Positions 48,990-61,600 of a DNA stretch of 64,000 nucleotides are shown piece by piece. The DNA is taken from NCBI GenBank assembly GCA_965153355.1, contig OZ231126.1, positions 43,648,001 to 43,712,000 on the forward strand, written 5' to 3'. Position 1 is the first letter of the stretch, and every line of letters starts with the position of its first letter. Both the position numbers and the translations under genes were made by a program. Below the pieces are notes generated by a model. That model saw only the letters and a list, made by a program, of their open reading frames with translations. It was not told where the DNA came from and did no database searches. The stretch is from Flaccisagitta enflata (taxonomy: Eukaryota).

Positions 48990-49619
48990 TTATTGGTTGC
49001 TTTTAGTTATTTTTGGTCATTTATGGTCATTTTGGTCATTTTGGTCATTTTGGTCATTTTGGTCATTTTGGTCATTTTGGTCATTTTTGATAAATTTTGA
49101 TCATTTTTGATCATTTTTTGTTATTTTTTTGTCATTTTTGGTCATTTTTGGTCATTTTTGATCATTTTTGGCCATTTCTAGTCATTTAGGTCATTTTGGT
49201 CATTTTGGTCATTTTGGTCATTCTGGCCATTTTTGATCATTTTTGATCATTTTTTGTCATTTTGGTCATTTTTGGTCACTTTTGGTCATTTTTGGTCATT
49301 TTTGGCCATTTTTGGTCATTTTGGTCGTTTTTGGTCATTTTTGATCATTTTGGTCATTTTTGATCATTTTTGATCATTTTTTGTCATTGTTGGTCATTTT
49401 GGTCATTTTGGTCATTTTTGGTCATTTTGGTCATTTTTGGTCATTTTTGGTCATTTTTGATCATTTTTGATCATTTTTGATCATTTTTGGTCATTGTTGG
49501 TCATTTTTGATCATTTTTGGTCATTTTTGGTCATTTTTGGTCATTTTTGGTCATTTTTGGTCATTTTGGTCATTTTGGTCATTTTTGATCATTTTTGGTC
49601 ATTTTTGGTCATTGTTGGT
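48990..49619. repeat. (TTTTGGTCA)n minisatellite inside a HINE-like copy; resumes at 63507-63705
   Basis: The same 9-10-bp unit lies on both sides of the nested insertions. Confidence 0.92.
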
Positions 49620-50191
49620 CACTGTGCTTTTAAAACAATTCTGAGTGAAAAGTCATATAACTGTGGGTTTTTCTGCACATTTGAGCAGTATTGCGGTGTA
49701 AGAGCATGTAACTAGCAAAATCAAAATCATTCCCTGAGCGCTTTTTGAGTAACCCTCAAAATCAGAAAAAATAGACCCAATTTCAATGTAGATTCTTCTG
49801 AGATGTGTTGACTAAATTTTTGATTCTTTAAAGTTAATCTTTGCAAAATTCCCTTTCATTTGATAGGTCGCACTCTATACTTTTGCAAAGTATTCAAATT
49901 TTCATTTTTTTAGTCACCGTTACAAAAAAGTAACGGTGGCTCAAAATATGAAAACCTAATTTCTATATAAAACCATAAAGTGTGACCTATCAAATGAAAG
50001 GAAATTTTGTATAGATTAACAATATGGAATCAAAAAATGAGCCAATACAGCTCATTAAAATCTGTATTAAAAATAGGTTTAATTGTTTTCTATTTTGAAG
50101 ATTACTCAAAAAGCGCTCGGGGAATGATTTTATTTTTGCTAGTTACATGCTCTTACATCCCAATACTGCTCAAAAATGCAGAAAAACCCAC

Positions 50192-51104
50192 TATAAGTTA
50201 CGCCCACGAGTTTCAACTGGCACTGTCTATGAGCGTCTATCTGACTGACGACTTGTGGTGAAAGAAAGTTGGCCGATTGGAAAATAGGAAGGCGATTGTC
50301 TCGTTTATTCCATGAAAATTTCAACAACTGAAGAGAGGGGAAAAAATGAAAGGGAAAGTGGGCGTTAATGGTGATCAGCAAACGCAAAAGATAACATGAA
50401 ATCGAGACAGGACACAATAAAGGACAGAAACAGCACATGACAACATGTTCATCTTCTTCAGAGCCCATGCCACCTGATAATACCTGCCCCTGCCCCGGCC
50501 TATCCCATTAAATTCATCCATATCATCCCCATAGTAAGCTGATCGGGCAAGCGATAAAAACCATACTAAAATCCGGCGATAAAAATGCAAAAAGGCAAAA
50601 GACAAGAATAACAGACCGGAAGACAAGATAAAAACAACGTTAATAAAAGCAAAGACGCGTCTATAAACTTACTTTTAGGCCCACTTTCGTTGGTTTCAAC
50701 CCACAGTCTGTCGAAGTCAAACTAACGTTAATTGTCCGTTCATAAGTTTATCTGCAATAAAAAGATGAGAGATTATTGAAATTAGTGAATTCCAAGGGCA
50801 CATTCAATCAATCACGAAAAGTCAATCAATCACTTTAGGAAGCAATGCCGCAAATAAATAAAAACAATCAATCCAAAATTGGATGACACGAAGACGAGTT
50901 ACGTATGTTTGTCTACGTAATAAAAACAAATGGCACAAAATACAAGGCGCAACCATATGGTTACCCATCTAGCGTTCAATATAAGAAATGGCGAGAAACA
51001 AAAGACGCCGGCATTGAATAATAGGAAAAGAAGAAAAGCCAAAAGCACGCAAAAGAAACAAAGGCACTCATACTTAATAGACGGACGGACATACATTTCT
51101 AACA
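50192..51104 (-). repeat. 3' LTR (913 bp)
   Basis: Direct repeat of 62549-63458 with roughly ten differences counted by eye. Confidence 0.95.
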
Positions 51105-52144
51105 TTCTGCCCCATTTTTGGAATTTCACGAATTTCAAAAATCCGACATCTAGTTTCCAGTCGGGGAAACCCTACTAAAAAACCGATACTACCTTCCTTA
51201 AAAAAATTTACATAGACACAGCCCCCGCCCCTCCCCCCCCGTCCACCGCCTCTTACATCCCCACCCTAACTATCAACAGATCGACGGCTGCACGAATGAT
51301 GACTCCCGTCCGGAAAGGATCCACCACCAGCAAATTTTCAACGATCACGATGGCGCGGATGGAAACGAGGCGGCGACGAGGAGGTTGAGGCACCGTTCTG
51401 TAAAAGTTAAGGGAAAAGGGGGGAAAGGGGAACGGGTTTTGGAGCACTCTGCCTGGGATTTGACTTGAGAGGAAATAATGAGTAGGGCATACTACATTAA
51501 ACATGTCATACGAAAGTATTCGTAATAATGACTAAAAAGACCATGTCTAAAACAAACACAACAAAAATGTACATGTTCCAAGGAACCAAACAAAACAAGA
51601 CAAAATTAAATAAATTACTAACTATGCATAAAAGCGAATCTGTAAAACAAGAGAAAATTAGTAAGCATCATGGAACGACCACATCACCTGCGCCTTCTCC
51701 ATTACAGAGACGAGCGGGTCATTCCGGGGCTCCAACATCTCGTCAAGCCGTGGGCGAAAGGCGATGAATGATGTCGTCAACGGCGACCGCATCGAAAGGC
51801 GCAGGTGGTGCAGCCGTCTGAGAATGAATCCTCCCCGAGGGGAAGAGAAAGAAAAAGAAAGAATAGGGGCAGATTGATTAGTAAAGTTCTTATCGTACAC
51901 AGATTCAAATTTACCACAAAAACTCAACCTCAACCCTTCCCAAACCATGACACTACGCGGGCGCGCCAGGCCCCGGGGCGGACGTCATTCCCACGCCCGG
52001 GTTGCGCCCACATGGCCGCCTGTCCATCGATGGGATGAGGATGTGATGTGGAAGACGATCCTCAGCGAATGGTGGCGCTCTCCACGCCATGTTGCAAATT
52101 GGTAGTTAAATTGAACAGCAACTGGGCGTGGCACCAATCAGTAT

Positions 52145-54224
52145 TTAACTGGCGGTCTGATTTTTCCAAGGCCTGGTTCGATTTTTCTTATTTCCAGGCT
52201 TGGGAGCGTCTTTTTGCGACAGGATCTGCTGACCGACTTTTTCTGCAGGAGAAGACGCTGGAGGTGGAGATGCTGCATCGCAATTCGGCGCCAGTCGAAA
52301 TTTAGGACGCACAGCGGACGCTGTTGTGAAGTCGACGGCCATAGCCGCCTTCGCGCGTTCCACAGCTTCCTCTTTCTTCTTAGCCTTCATCGCACAGGCC
52401 TGCTTCTCCTTTTCAAGCTGCTTCTCCAGTTCCACGACTCGCTTATTGCCTTTAACCACCTCATTGTCCGCAGCCATTGCTGCTTGACGAGCATCGTCTC
52501 TCTCCTTTTGGATGTTGCGACGAATCCTCTCGTCTAAGACTTGACGAGCCGCTTCAACTCGTTGACGCGGATTGAGCGACGCGAAGAAGTCTTTTGGAAG
52601 CCTTGATGCTAAATTCTTCACCACACCCAATGGAGCATTTGAGGTCAGTGAAGAGGCTTCTCGTAGCAATGACTCGGCGATGTGGTGTCCATGCGCAGGG
52701 TCAAAGGCTGGATCCGACGGGGGAGGCGGGTTTTGCACTTGCTGCAAACCTTGGGCAGACTCCGTCTGCTGACGAGGCGCTACACCAGCTTTAACAGATG
52801 CTGAAGCACCGCCAACTAGTTCGCTTCCTACCGCTGCTTTTGACGGCTGCGAGTGAAAGGAAGACGCTCCGCCTGCTGACCAGAGACTTCAGGCTGAACA
52901 GCGGACGCCGAAGCACCATGCAAGCAGAACCTCCTTGGTTGCTGCTGTGCCTTTTTCCAGCTCTCTTGGTCTTCCCTTTGCTGCCGCTGCCTAGGCGCCT
53001 GATTCAGCTTCTGGGTTGTGCCAATTGCCGACGAACCCACTTGAAGCTTCTCCTTGGCCTTTGGGCGTTACTGCTGCAGGGGGCGCGCCTGGAGGCGCTT
53101 GAAGAGGGCCTTTGCTTTTGGAATCTGGCCCTTTTTGTTGACTCGGCACATTGCGCTTTTGTGGAGTCTTTCCCCGACGTGATCTCTTCGATTGTTGTGA
53201 GGGAGTGACGTCACGAGGACCCTGTTGCTGCTGATTTGGGGGATGAACCAATCCAGGGCGCTGACGGCATTTATGACTGTAGAGTGAATTGCCGCTGATA
53301 GTTATGGCTGCGTCGGAGCACAAATACCGCTGGTGGAGTTGCGGAAGCGCCTGACGGAAGTTGCTGCAGATGCTGCAGTTGCATCAGGAGGCTTCGGAGC
53401 CGCATTCTTCCTCTTCGTCGCTTGACCATGCGACGAACCTCCTTATCATGCTCCTCCTTCTTTTGTTACTTTGGATTTGCGCTCCAGAGTCTCCGAGCCA
53501 AGCTCTGTTTGATAGCCGATGAGCGCATGAGAGTTGTTTATTGCAGCACACTGAAAGTTTTTCAAACTCTTTGAAGAGGAGAGATACTCCGACACCGACT
53601 GATGATACGATACCACCAACGTGCCTGCATCCGTTGGTGCTTCTCTTCCGGCGCCGCAGTGTCCACTTCCGGGTCAATGTCTTTTTCCACCACCTCCCCA
53701 TTCACCAACACCTCCTCTTCTGTTTCCATCCCCTCCTCCTCCGCTCCTGCTCCATCATTGACCAGTCTCTCTCTCTCTTCGCCCTCGCTGCGTTGATTTG
53801 CAGCTGCAGACGCTTGATCACGAGACGCCAGGCGATCGAAATCACGGCAAAAATGGCGAGGCGATGGGGGCAAATCCTCCGGCGTTGATGACGCTGTCGC
53901 GGAAGTGATGGATAAACCCGTCGACGGCCGATTGATCGAGATCCGCCTCGAACCTCCATCTCTGATGACCACCAATGGAGGAAGCGACGCGGGATCAACG
54001 GCGTTGGATGGCTGCTGGCGTTTTTCCAACGCATCATCTTGCTGACGCTTTTTATTCGCTATTTGCTGCCATAACGGAACGGCGTCGCCATTGAAGGCTG
54101 CCAACGCTGGCAGCGCCTTCCCTCTGCCCTTCAACAACGACGTCGGATGCAGATCCTTTTCCGAGCGGAGCCGCGCTGAAGAGTCGGCGCGGAGATCCAT
54201 GATCCTCACAGATGACGTCGACAC
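52145..54224 (-). pseudogene. Extra ORF region of unknown function between integrase and the 3' LTR
   Basis: Sense-strand ORF pieces 53562-54224, 52991-53323 and 52145-52747; acidic, Cys-containing, Q/P-rich and coiled-coil-like segments; no obvious TM helix. Confidence 0.55.
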
Positions 54225-54649
54225 GCTTGCTTCGCCTTCGAGACGCTGCTGACGGACATTCTGACTCGGACGAGCGACTTCAAGATGTAAACTGACTTCG
54301 TAGATGGAATGACGTCGTCAGCGGAAGCTTTGAAATGTTCGTAATCCAGAACTGATAATGGTAAGAACGGATTTTGGCACAATAATATGTACATATAGAC
54401 AGAGCGAATGAATCAGTGTTTTGATGTATGAGTGGAAATGGACAACATAATTTGACAAGAGGAAAGATGAAAGTATGGATAATCAGAACCAAATATGAAT
54501 TACCACAACACTTTGTAAATATAACAAGTCAGAGTTTCAATCACTCATATCTATAGTTACTAATGGACAGGCTTATGTGTTTTTTTTTCTTCCTCTAAAC
54601 TTAGCGTTTTTTATGTCCATTCCAGCCGCATTTGAAGCCATATGTGTCT

Positions 54650-57600
54650 TTCGTCACGATCTTCCCATCTTGGCGTCGAACATGAGCTCCGGAGCTGATG
54701 ATCCTTCGACGCCCATGACACGTCCTAAACTCCACCAGAGATGAGGCAGCGTTTCTGCCCAAGATGATGACTTATGCTCGCCAACCGCAAGTCTCTCTCG
54801 GATCTCGACCATTTGCTTAGCAAGGCCAAGTGAAGGAAAGGAGCAACATTCGACCCTCCACGATTTCCAAAACGCATCCACATCGCGGGACAAAGACGCT
54901 CCATTGAATTATGAGTCGGCGACAGAGTTGACGCCTTGTTGCACCAGATCCAGAGGGGCATGACCGGATGTTGATGGATTGAGGATATGATTCGGAGTGA
55001 GGGCCTCAGAGTCATTTGGATCATCGCTGAGCGCTGTCAGAGATCATCGATTGAGACTTCCTTCAACTTCGACGACAGCAGTGTTGAAGGCGCGACGTGG
55101 GAGGATGGCGCTGTCGAGATGGAAGCAAGATGGCGCTTGAAGAGAGCTGACTTGAGCCTTCCCCACACCCCTCCATAGTGCGTTCTCGGCGTGATGTGAA
55201 ATCCTGCACCGGCGCCGTGCCGCTGCAATTCGGGAGCTGGGACTGAGCTTTTGGTCCGTTCCATTTCCTTCTTGAGGATATTATTGGCTACTTGTAATTA
55301 GATCTGCCTCCACAGTTCGAGTGAATCATGGATTCCTGCTGCCTTGCTGCAAAGCGGATGATTTGTGATTTACTATCGTATCGGCTGACATATGAAGAGC
55401 AATTCCACATGGACGGCATGTGACACGAAACAGGTGAACATCAGCATCCACACCTGTGATCAGCACGCCTGCTCATTTCTGCGATGAATGCTCCTATGAC
55501 GTCCAATCCAGTCTCTGCAAAGACAGGCGCATGATTGACGCGATTTGATGGAAGATTGGCCATTTGCTGATTTATGTCTTCTTAAAGTTCTTCTGGGTGC
55601 CTAAAGCATGTGTTGACGATGCTCTTGACAGCCTGAAGACCTTATAATCCACACAGTCTGGCTTAATTGACACAATGTATGCTTCTTGCACCCGCGAAAA
55701 TCATTATGATGATAATGGCGAATTAATGATTTCACATCCTCGTCTTTTGGCGGCAGGATGAAGGGAAATTTAGCGTCATGTGCGATGTCGGCGTTTAATC
55801 GGCCGTCGATAGCTGGCGCGATACCGCTGCCGCCGGTTTAAAGGATTCAATTTCCGCATCTCCTTGTTCTTTATGATAAAGTCATGACGGCTTTCTGGTT
55901 TAAAGACTTTCCCAACTTCCAATTGTTCTAAGACGTCGGAATAATGATGCCACGCATTGATTTGACGCAGTTGTTTGCGCACTTCTCCAAAACGCTTTGG
56001 CGCTACTCTCCGGTTTAGGAAGAGATCCTTTGCTGCTCGTGTCTTCGCCCTTGATACGCTCTCCACCTTTGATCATGGCGAGAACTATGCCGGGCTGATC
56101 CGCAATTTATGCATCCATTTTCCCCGGAGAAGTTGCTATAAGAAGTATCGCGCCAGCCACTTGGTTTTTTCACTTTCAGCCACATACAGAGCGGCGACTT
56201 GTGCAGAAAAATAGGGCACGTCGCGATGTTCTGCCTTTGGCCATTGATCTTCAAGACGCAAAAATGCAGGACCGTGATGGAATTGACGCCATTTTTCGGC
56301 TTCATGGGCCTGAATGCCTCTGCTGCAGTGGTCCGCTGGGTTGTTTGACGAGTCAACCTAGCGCCTACTGTTGAGGATCAGACCCACTATGGATCTTGGA
56401 GAGACGATTGGCTAAGAATACAGGCCTCGGTTTTGCGGGATTGTAAATCATCTTCAGTGCAGATTCAGAATCAGACCAAAATCTAACGACAAGATTGTCC
56501 AAGTTGATGGTCCTTCCGACGAAGCGCTTGAGCTGCAATTCGCTTTTTCTGCGGATACACCACGCGTTGAACGCTGTTATGATGAGAGGCACGTTTTGGA
56601 TTGAGAGGAATGACGTGAGATTTGGAGGCAATGAATGAAATATGAACATCTCCATTTCGGCTGACTTGACGCCGATATGCAACTGCTCCATATCCGCCTT
56701 TTTGGAGCCGCAGACGTAGAATAACTCTGATTGTGATTTCCGCAATGTCGCTGTTGTGTCGACGCCGCCATTCCACCAGCGTTCAACTCGATATTGCTGT
56801 AGAAGAGGCCAAGATGAAGTGTAGCGGAAGAAAGATTCTTCGACGCTCTCTTCCAAGGGCGAATCCCAGGTCCCACTTCCTGTGGACGACACAGAGCTGG
56901 AAGATGTCGTCTGCCGATGTATGCGCTTGGGCCCCAAAATCCCAATGGATCATAAAGGTGTTTGGCTTCTATGGAGACCAGTTGACGAGAGGGTAAGTTT
57001 TTGCTCTAAGAGTTTTGGAATTCTCTGCCGCAGATGAAGATGAAGACGCCTTTCCGCCGAGGAAGCCATGAGACGCCCAACACCTTCGTCGGCGCATCAT
57101 CTTGCTTATCTGAAATGGGGATTGGCACACACGGATCTCCATCCATCAATTGTCGCTCGTTACTTTTCCACTTCACCAGATCCATCCTGCCTTTCACATC
57201 GCTGCCACTGAATCCACCTCAGCTGCAGTGCTTCGTCGACCGAACCAATTCTCACTTCCGTCGCCGACGAGAAGCCGTGGTGCGAATAAGAACGTAGACG
57301 TTGTAGGGATACTTGGGCCGGATTACTTCAGCATGCTGCTTCCTGACGGGAAAGATGTGACGAATGAGCTGGATTGGCTGCCGAAGACGCGGGATAGGAA
57401 CAGATTCCAAATGGCTTCTCGTAGAGTACGGTCTTTGAACTAAAAGAATCCGAATAGACCAGCGCCGCCAGGATGGATGCGGATTTCGTGGAAAACGCCT
57501 TTATATCACACATAAAGGCGATTTCCACCGACGAAAAACATGAGGATGTCCATTGCGCTATTCATCGTTTGGGCCCGACGCGCAAATTGTTGAGTGAGAT

Positions 57601-58675
57601 CCTGCCGGGTCGCCGCATGTGTGATCGCAGATGCCGCGCGTTTTTCCACGCAATTCCACTATATGAAGCGGTAAATACCAGCGCGGCTTCTCAATGCTGT
57701 CGTCGTCGTCGACGCTATCAATCTCAATCGCCACTCCCGTCTCGTAAAATTTCTCGATTTCACGGAAGACTCTTTCTTTGAAGGCTGGATCGCGCTTGAA
57801 GCGGAAACGTTGATTGCAGAGCCGCTTCATCGCAGTAGGTCGTGACCTCACTCTTCTCAGAATTTCCATGATTTTTTCGTGATGAAATTTCCATGTGACA
57901 GGAGCCAAATATTTTTTCACAATTGGGCAAAAATATGTCTTTTCCTCTAACATTTTGCACGCTCTGATATTTTCGGGAATCACCCATCTCCTCTTGCGAA
58001 ACGATTGATGATGCAAAGTCATGGTAGAAGATGCGGTCAATGTTGCTGTTGAGGACGCGATTGTCGAGGATGCGATCGATGTTGTCGTTAAGGACGCGGT
58101 CATCCGTTGCGATAGCGTTGATCGATGCAATATCTCGTCCTCTCTTCCCCGTCTTTCCACATACAGTCCAACCGAATAGACATCTGAAGCAAGTCAAAGA
58201 TCCTGAAGGCCCTCGGCGGATTTCTTGAGCGACGGCGGCATCCGCATGCGCCGCTCCGATGATCATCATCACACCGCCTTCAGCTTCTGGAAATTTATGT
58301 TCTGATGTGAGGTTGGCAGATAGGTCGCGGAGAAAAGGAGGAATATCGCGTTCACTGCTAACAAATCACCCACCAACGCGTCGTTGACGCCGACTACATA
58401 TTCCTCGTCGACCGATTGCATGGTGAATGATGTGATGAAACGATCCTCAACACACGATTTCCTACAGTAATCACCGTCATTTGCACTGTTTTTGTGGAAT
58501 CAGAAGACTGCGAATGACACTGGTACTGATCACGTCGCGATCAGCGCCTGAGTCGATCATAGCGTATATCGTCCTTCTGCGCACCCGAAGAATTGTTTAT
58601 GATAGTCACTGGAACGATCGGACGGACAACGCCGTCGAATGAAGAGACGGACCGCGACGTTGCCGTCGCCGCCAG
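54650..58675 (-). pseudogene. pol: BEL/Pao pol (protease, RT, RNase H region, integrase) with many stops and frameshifts
   Basis: YAMIDSGAD (~58550), WYLPLH, CDIKAF, LVKWKSN, KVLGVSW, FWSDSESAL, FLANRLSKI, TGLDVIGAF, GGVWGRL and FWKSWRVE, scattered across frames. Confidence 0.9.
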
Positions 58676-61600
58676 TCATGCCGTGGCGTTAGGAGAGATT
58701 ACTTCCGTTGGATCGGCTGCCTCCGTCGTCGACGGAGCTGTTGGTGCTGCTGCAGCCGCATCCTCTGACTTTTTGAAGGGAGCCAGCGGTACTTTATTTC
58801 CCTGCTTATTTCTCCTTTCTTCTCTTCCTTTTCTTTCTTTCTTGTAGGTGCGCCCGTGGAGAATTGTCGCGTGCCGCTTCTTACAGGTCTGGCAAGTTGG
58901 TCTGTTCGCGCATCCTTTGGCGTTGTGTCCTGGCGCGAGGCAGTGGAAGCAAAGACGACGAGACATGATCTTCTGAACTCTCGCGTCCACTTCCAACTCT
59001 AACAACTGATGACACTCTTCCGTTTGATGCATTCCACTGCAGACGTTGCAGCGGTCCGTCGACTGCACTTTTTGCTTGCCATTGGTCAAGGCATCCTCAT
59101 ATGATGAAGGCGCCTCTTTTTCTGTCGTCGCAACTGCTGCCACTGATGCTGTTTTGCAACTTGCGCCTTTGTTGCGCTGAATCACCGCCCATGTCTCGAT
59201 CATGTTGACCAAGTTGTCGAATGAAAATGATTGTCCATTTTGGGCTGCTTCATGTTGCTTTTCCCAGAATTTATCTGCAAGATGAGGGACCCTCTTATTG
59301 AGAATCTCCTGCAGCAGCTCGTCACGATAGCATTGTTGCACTTCTCCACAGGTCCTCGCAATCTTCTTTGCCTTTTGCAACCTTGCAGACAAATTGAAAT
59401 GCCTTGCATGGTCGGCCGACTGGATCTTCGCCTCCGCGACGATTTCGTTGAACAGCGCCGCAATGTTGCAGCGTCTTGCCATGAAGACGACGTCCATTTT
59501 TGCGAAGGCGTCGTCAATCTCTCCTCTTGCTGTCGCTTCAGTTGCCCCAATCGTCGCAGTTTCAATGATCTCCTTTGCCGGACCAGCAAACCACTTAGGC
59601 AATTCCAATAAGATGTCCATTTGCGTCAAGCCTTCATGCTTCTCAGCATCTTTGAACTTCCTCTTCCACATCATGAAGTCGGTGGATGAAAGCTCCTGCA
59701 GAGGCTTCTCGGGTCTTGCTCTCTCTAATGCTTTGAGGCCGACCTCCCTTGCTCGCATGTGATCGTTGTACGCCGCTCTTTCCAAAAACATGTCCAGAGC
59801 CGGATTGTTGGGCATCTGAACGTGGACTTCCGGTTGACGGGCTACTTGATGATGCTCCACTTGATGATACGCTGGGGGTTGTTGGGTAAACGCGTATTGA
59901 CCCCCGACTTTGACCGGAGATCTCTTTTTGGTGGTTTTTACACTCCACCCAACTTCTTCTTGCTGATTCATTTGTTGTTGACGATCATCTTGATGGAATC
60001 GGGGAGCATCAAAATCTTGGCGGACGTATTGTCGCTGTTGTTGTTCTTCTTTACGTTGTTTCTCTTCTTCTCTCGCTGCGGCAAGGTCAAAGTCTCTCTG
60101 CTGAATCTGCATCTTCAAACTATCCACTTCCTGCTGCAAACGTTGATTCTGCTGGATGACTTCCGCTTGAGGCGTTGCTAGAGGCGCTTGCGCTACTTTT
60201 GGCGCCTTCGGCTGCAATCCACTCATTGTCTTCTTGGGAGCGACTTTTCTTCTCTCCTTATCTTGCAGCTGCTGTGCCAACTTCGCGTCAGCGGCCTCCT
60301 GCCTCTGCCTCCTGCGCATCGCCTCCGTTGCATCACCTCCGCTTCCGGCTGTGTTGAAGACCTTTTCCTCTTGATGGGGAAGATCAGTCTCCCTTCTAGC
60401 AGAACCAATCTGCTTCTCGAAGATCACTTCCGGTGCGGTAGGGAGAATCGTTGCTGCTGGGGTTTGATGATGCTGATACTGATGCTGTTGCTGTTGTTGA
60501 AGCCGTTGCTGCTGCCACTGTTGATGTTGAAGCTGCTGTTGCTGGTCAGGATGCTGTTGCTGTTCATTCTGCTGCTGCAGTTGATGCTGACGCTGTCCTT
60601 GCTGCTGCTGCTGCTCCAAATGTTGCTGCTGCTGCATCGGCTGCTTGACGGACGTTTCCACTGACTGCACATGATGTTGCTGTAAGTTCGAATTGAACAG
60701 TCCCGGATTGAAGTTTTTGAAGATAGATCGACGGTCTTTTGGCGGATGCTGCGGCTGCTGCTTGTCCAGCTCAGACAGTTGTCTAAGCTTCACATCCCGC
60801 TGCTCTAAAGCTCCACCAATGCCGCCGTCGTTCAGGCTATTCCAGTGCTTTCGTTGCATTTCTGCCGCATTGTTGAATACTCCTGCTCTTCTATCTTCAT
60901 CTCGTTGCTGCTGCTGGCGAAAATTACACATTCTGTCGTATAACTCTTTGTCTTCTTGTGATGAGCTTCGCTGTTGGAATCCCAATGGCACCGCGATCGG
61001 CGCCTTTGGAGCTGCTGCTGCACCACCATCTTCACCTTCAGCCATCATGCGCAGACGTTGTTCTGCAAGGCGTTGCTGTCTCTCTTCTTCTGTTTCTTCA
61101 CTGACGTTCATGCTTTCGACAGGATGGTTATTTGACGCTGGAGGATCCACTACCACCGCTGGGATCGCGGCGGAAGGTTGCTGTTGCTGCTGCAGTTGCT
61201 GTTGCGTACGTTCATCTGCATTATTTTGCCGCTGTTGTTGTTGTTCATGCGGCTGCATTACCGGTTGATGTTGTTGCAGCCCTTGTTGTTGTTGCTGTTG
61301 TTGCTGCTGCTGCTGCTCGTGTTGTTGCTGTTGCTGAACCACAGGTTGTGGCACCGGCTGCAAGATTTGACGTTGTTGTTGGTCTTGTTGACGAAATTGT
61401 TGAAGTTGCTGCAACTGCTGCTGCTGCAACAGCTCTTGCTGCTGCCGTTGAGCTGTCGTTTGCTGCTGCTCCTGTGGTCGGTGGAGTTGACGTTGCTGTT
61501 GGAGTTGCTGCTGCTGCATCTGCAATTGATGCTGCTGCTGTTGCTCCTGTTGCCGTCGCTGCTCCTCCTCCCGTTGTTGCTGCTGCATATCATCTATCAG

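Noticed and set aside
50375-51178. Short ORFs duplicated at 62720-63484
   Set aside because: They lie in the LTRs, are duplicated for that reason and show no coding signature.
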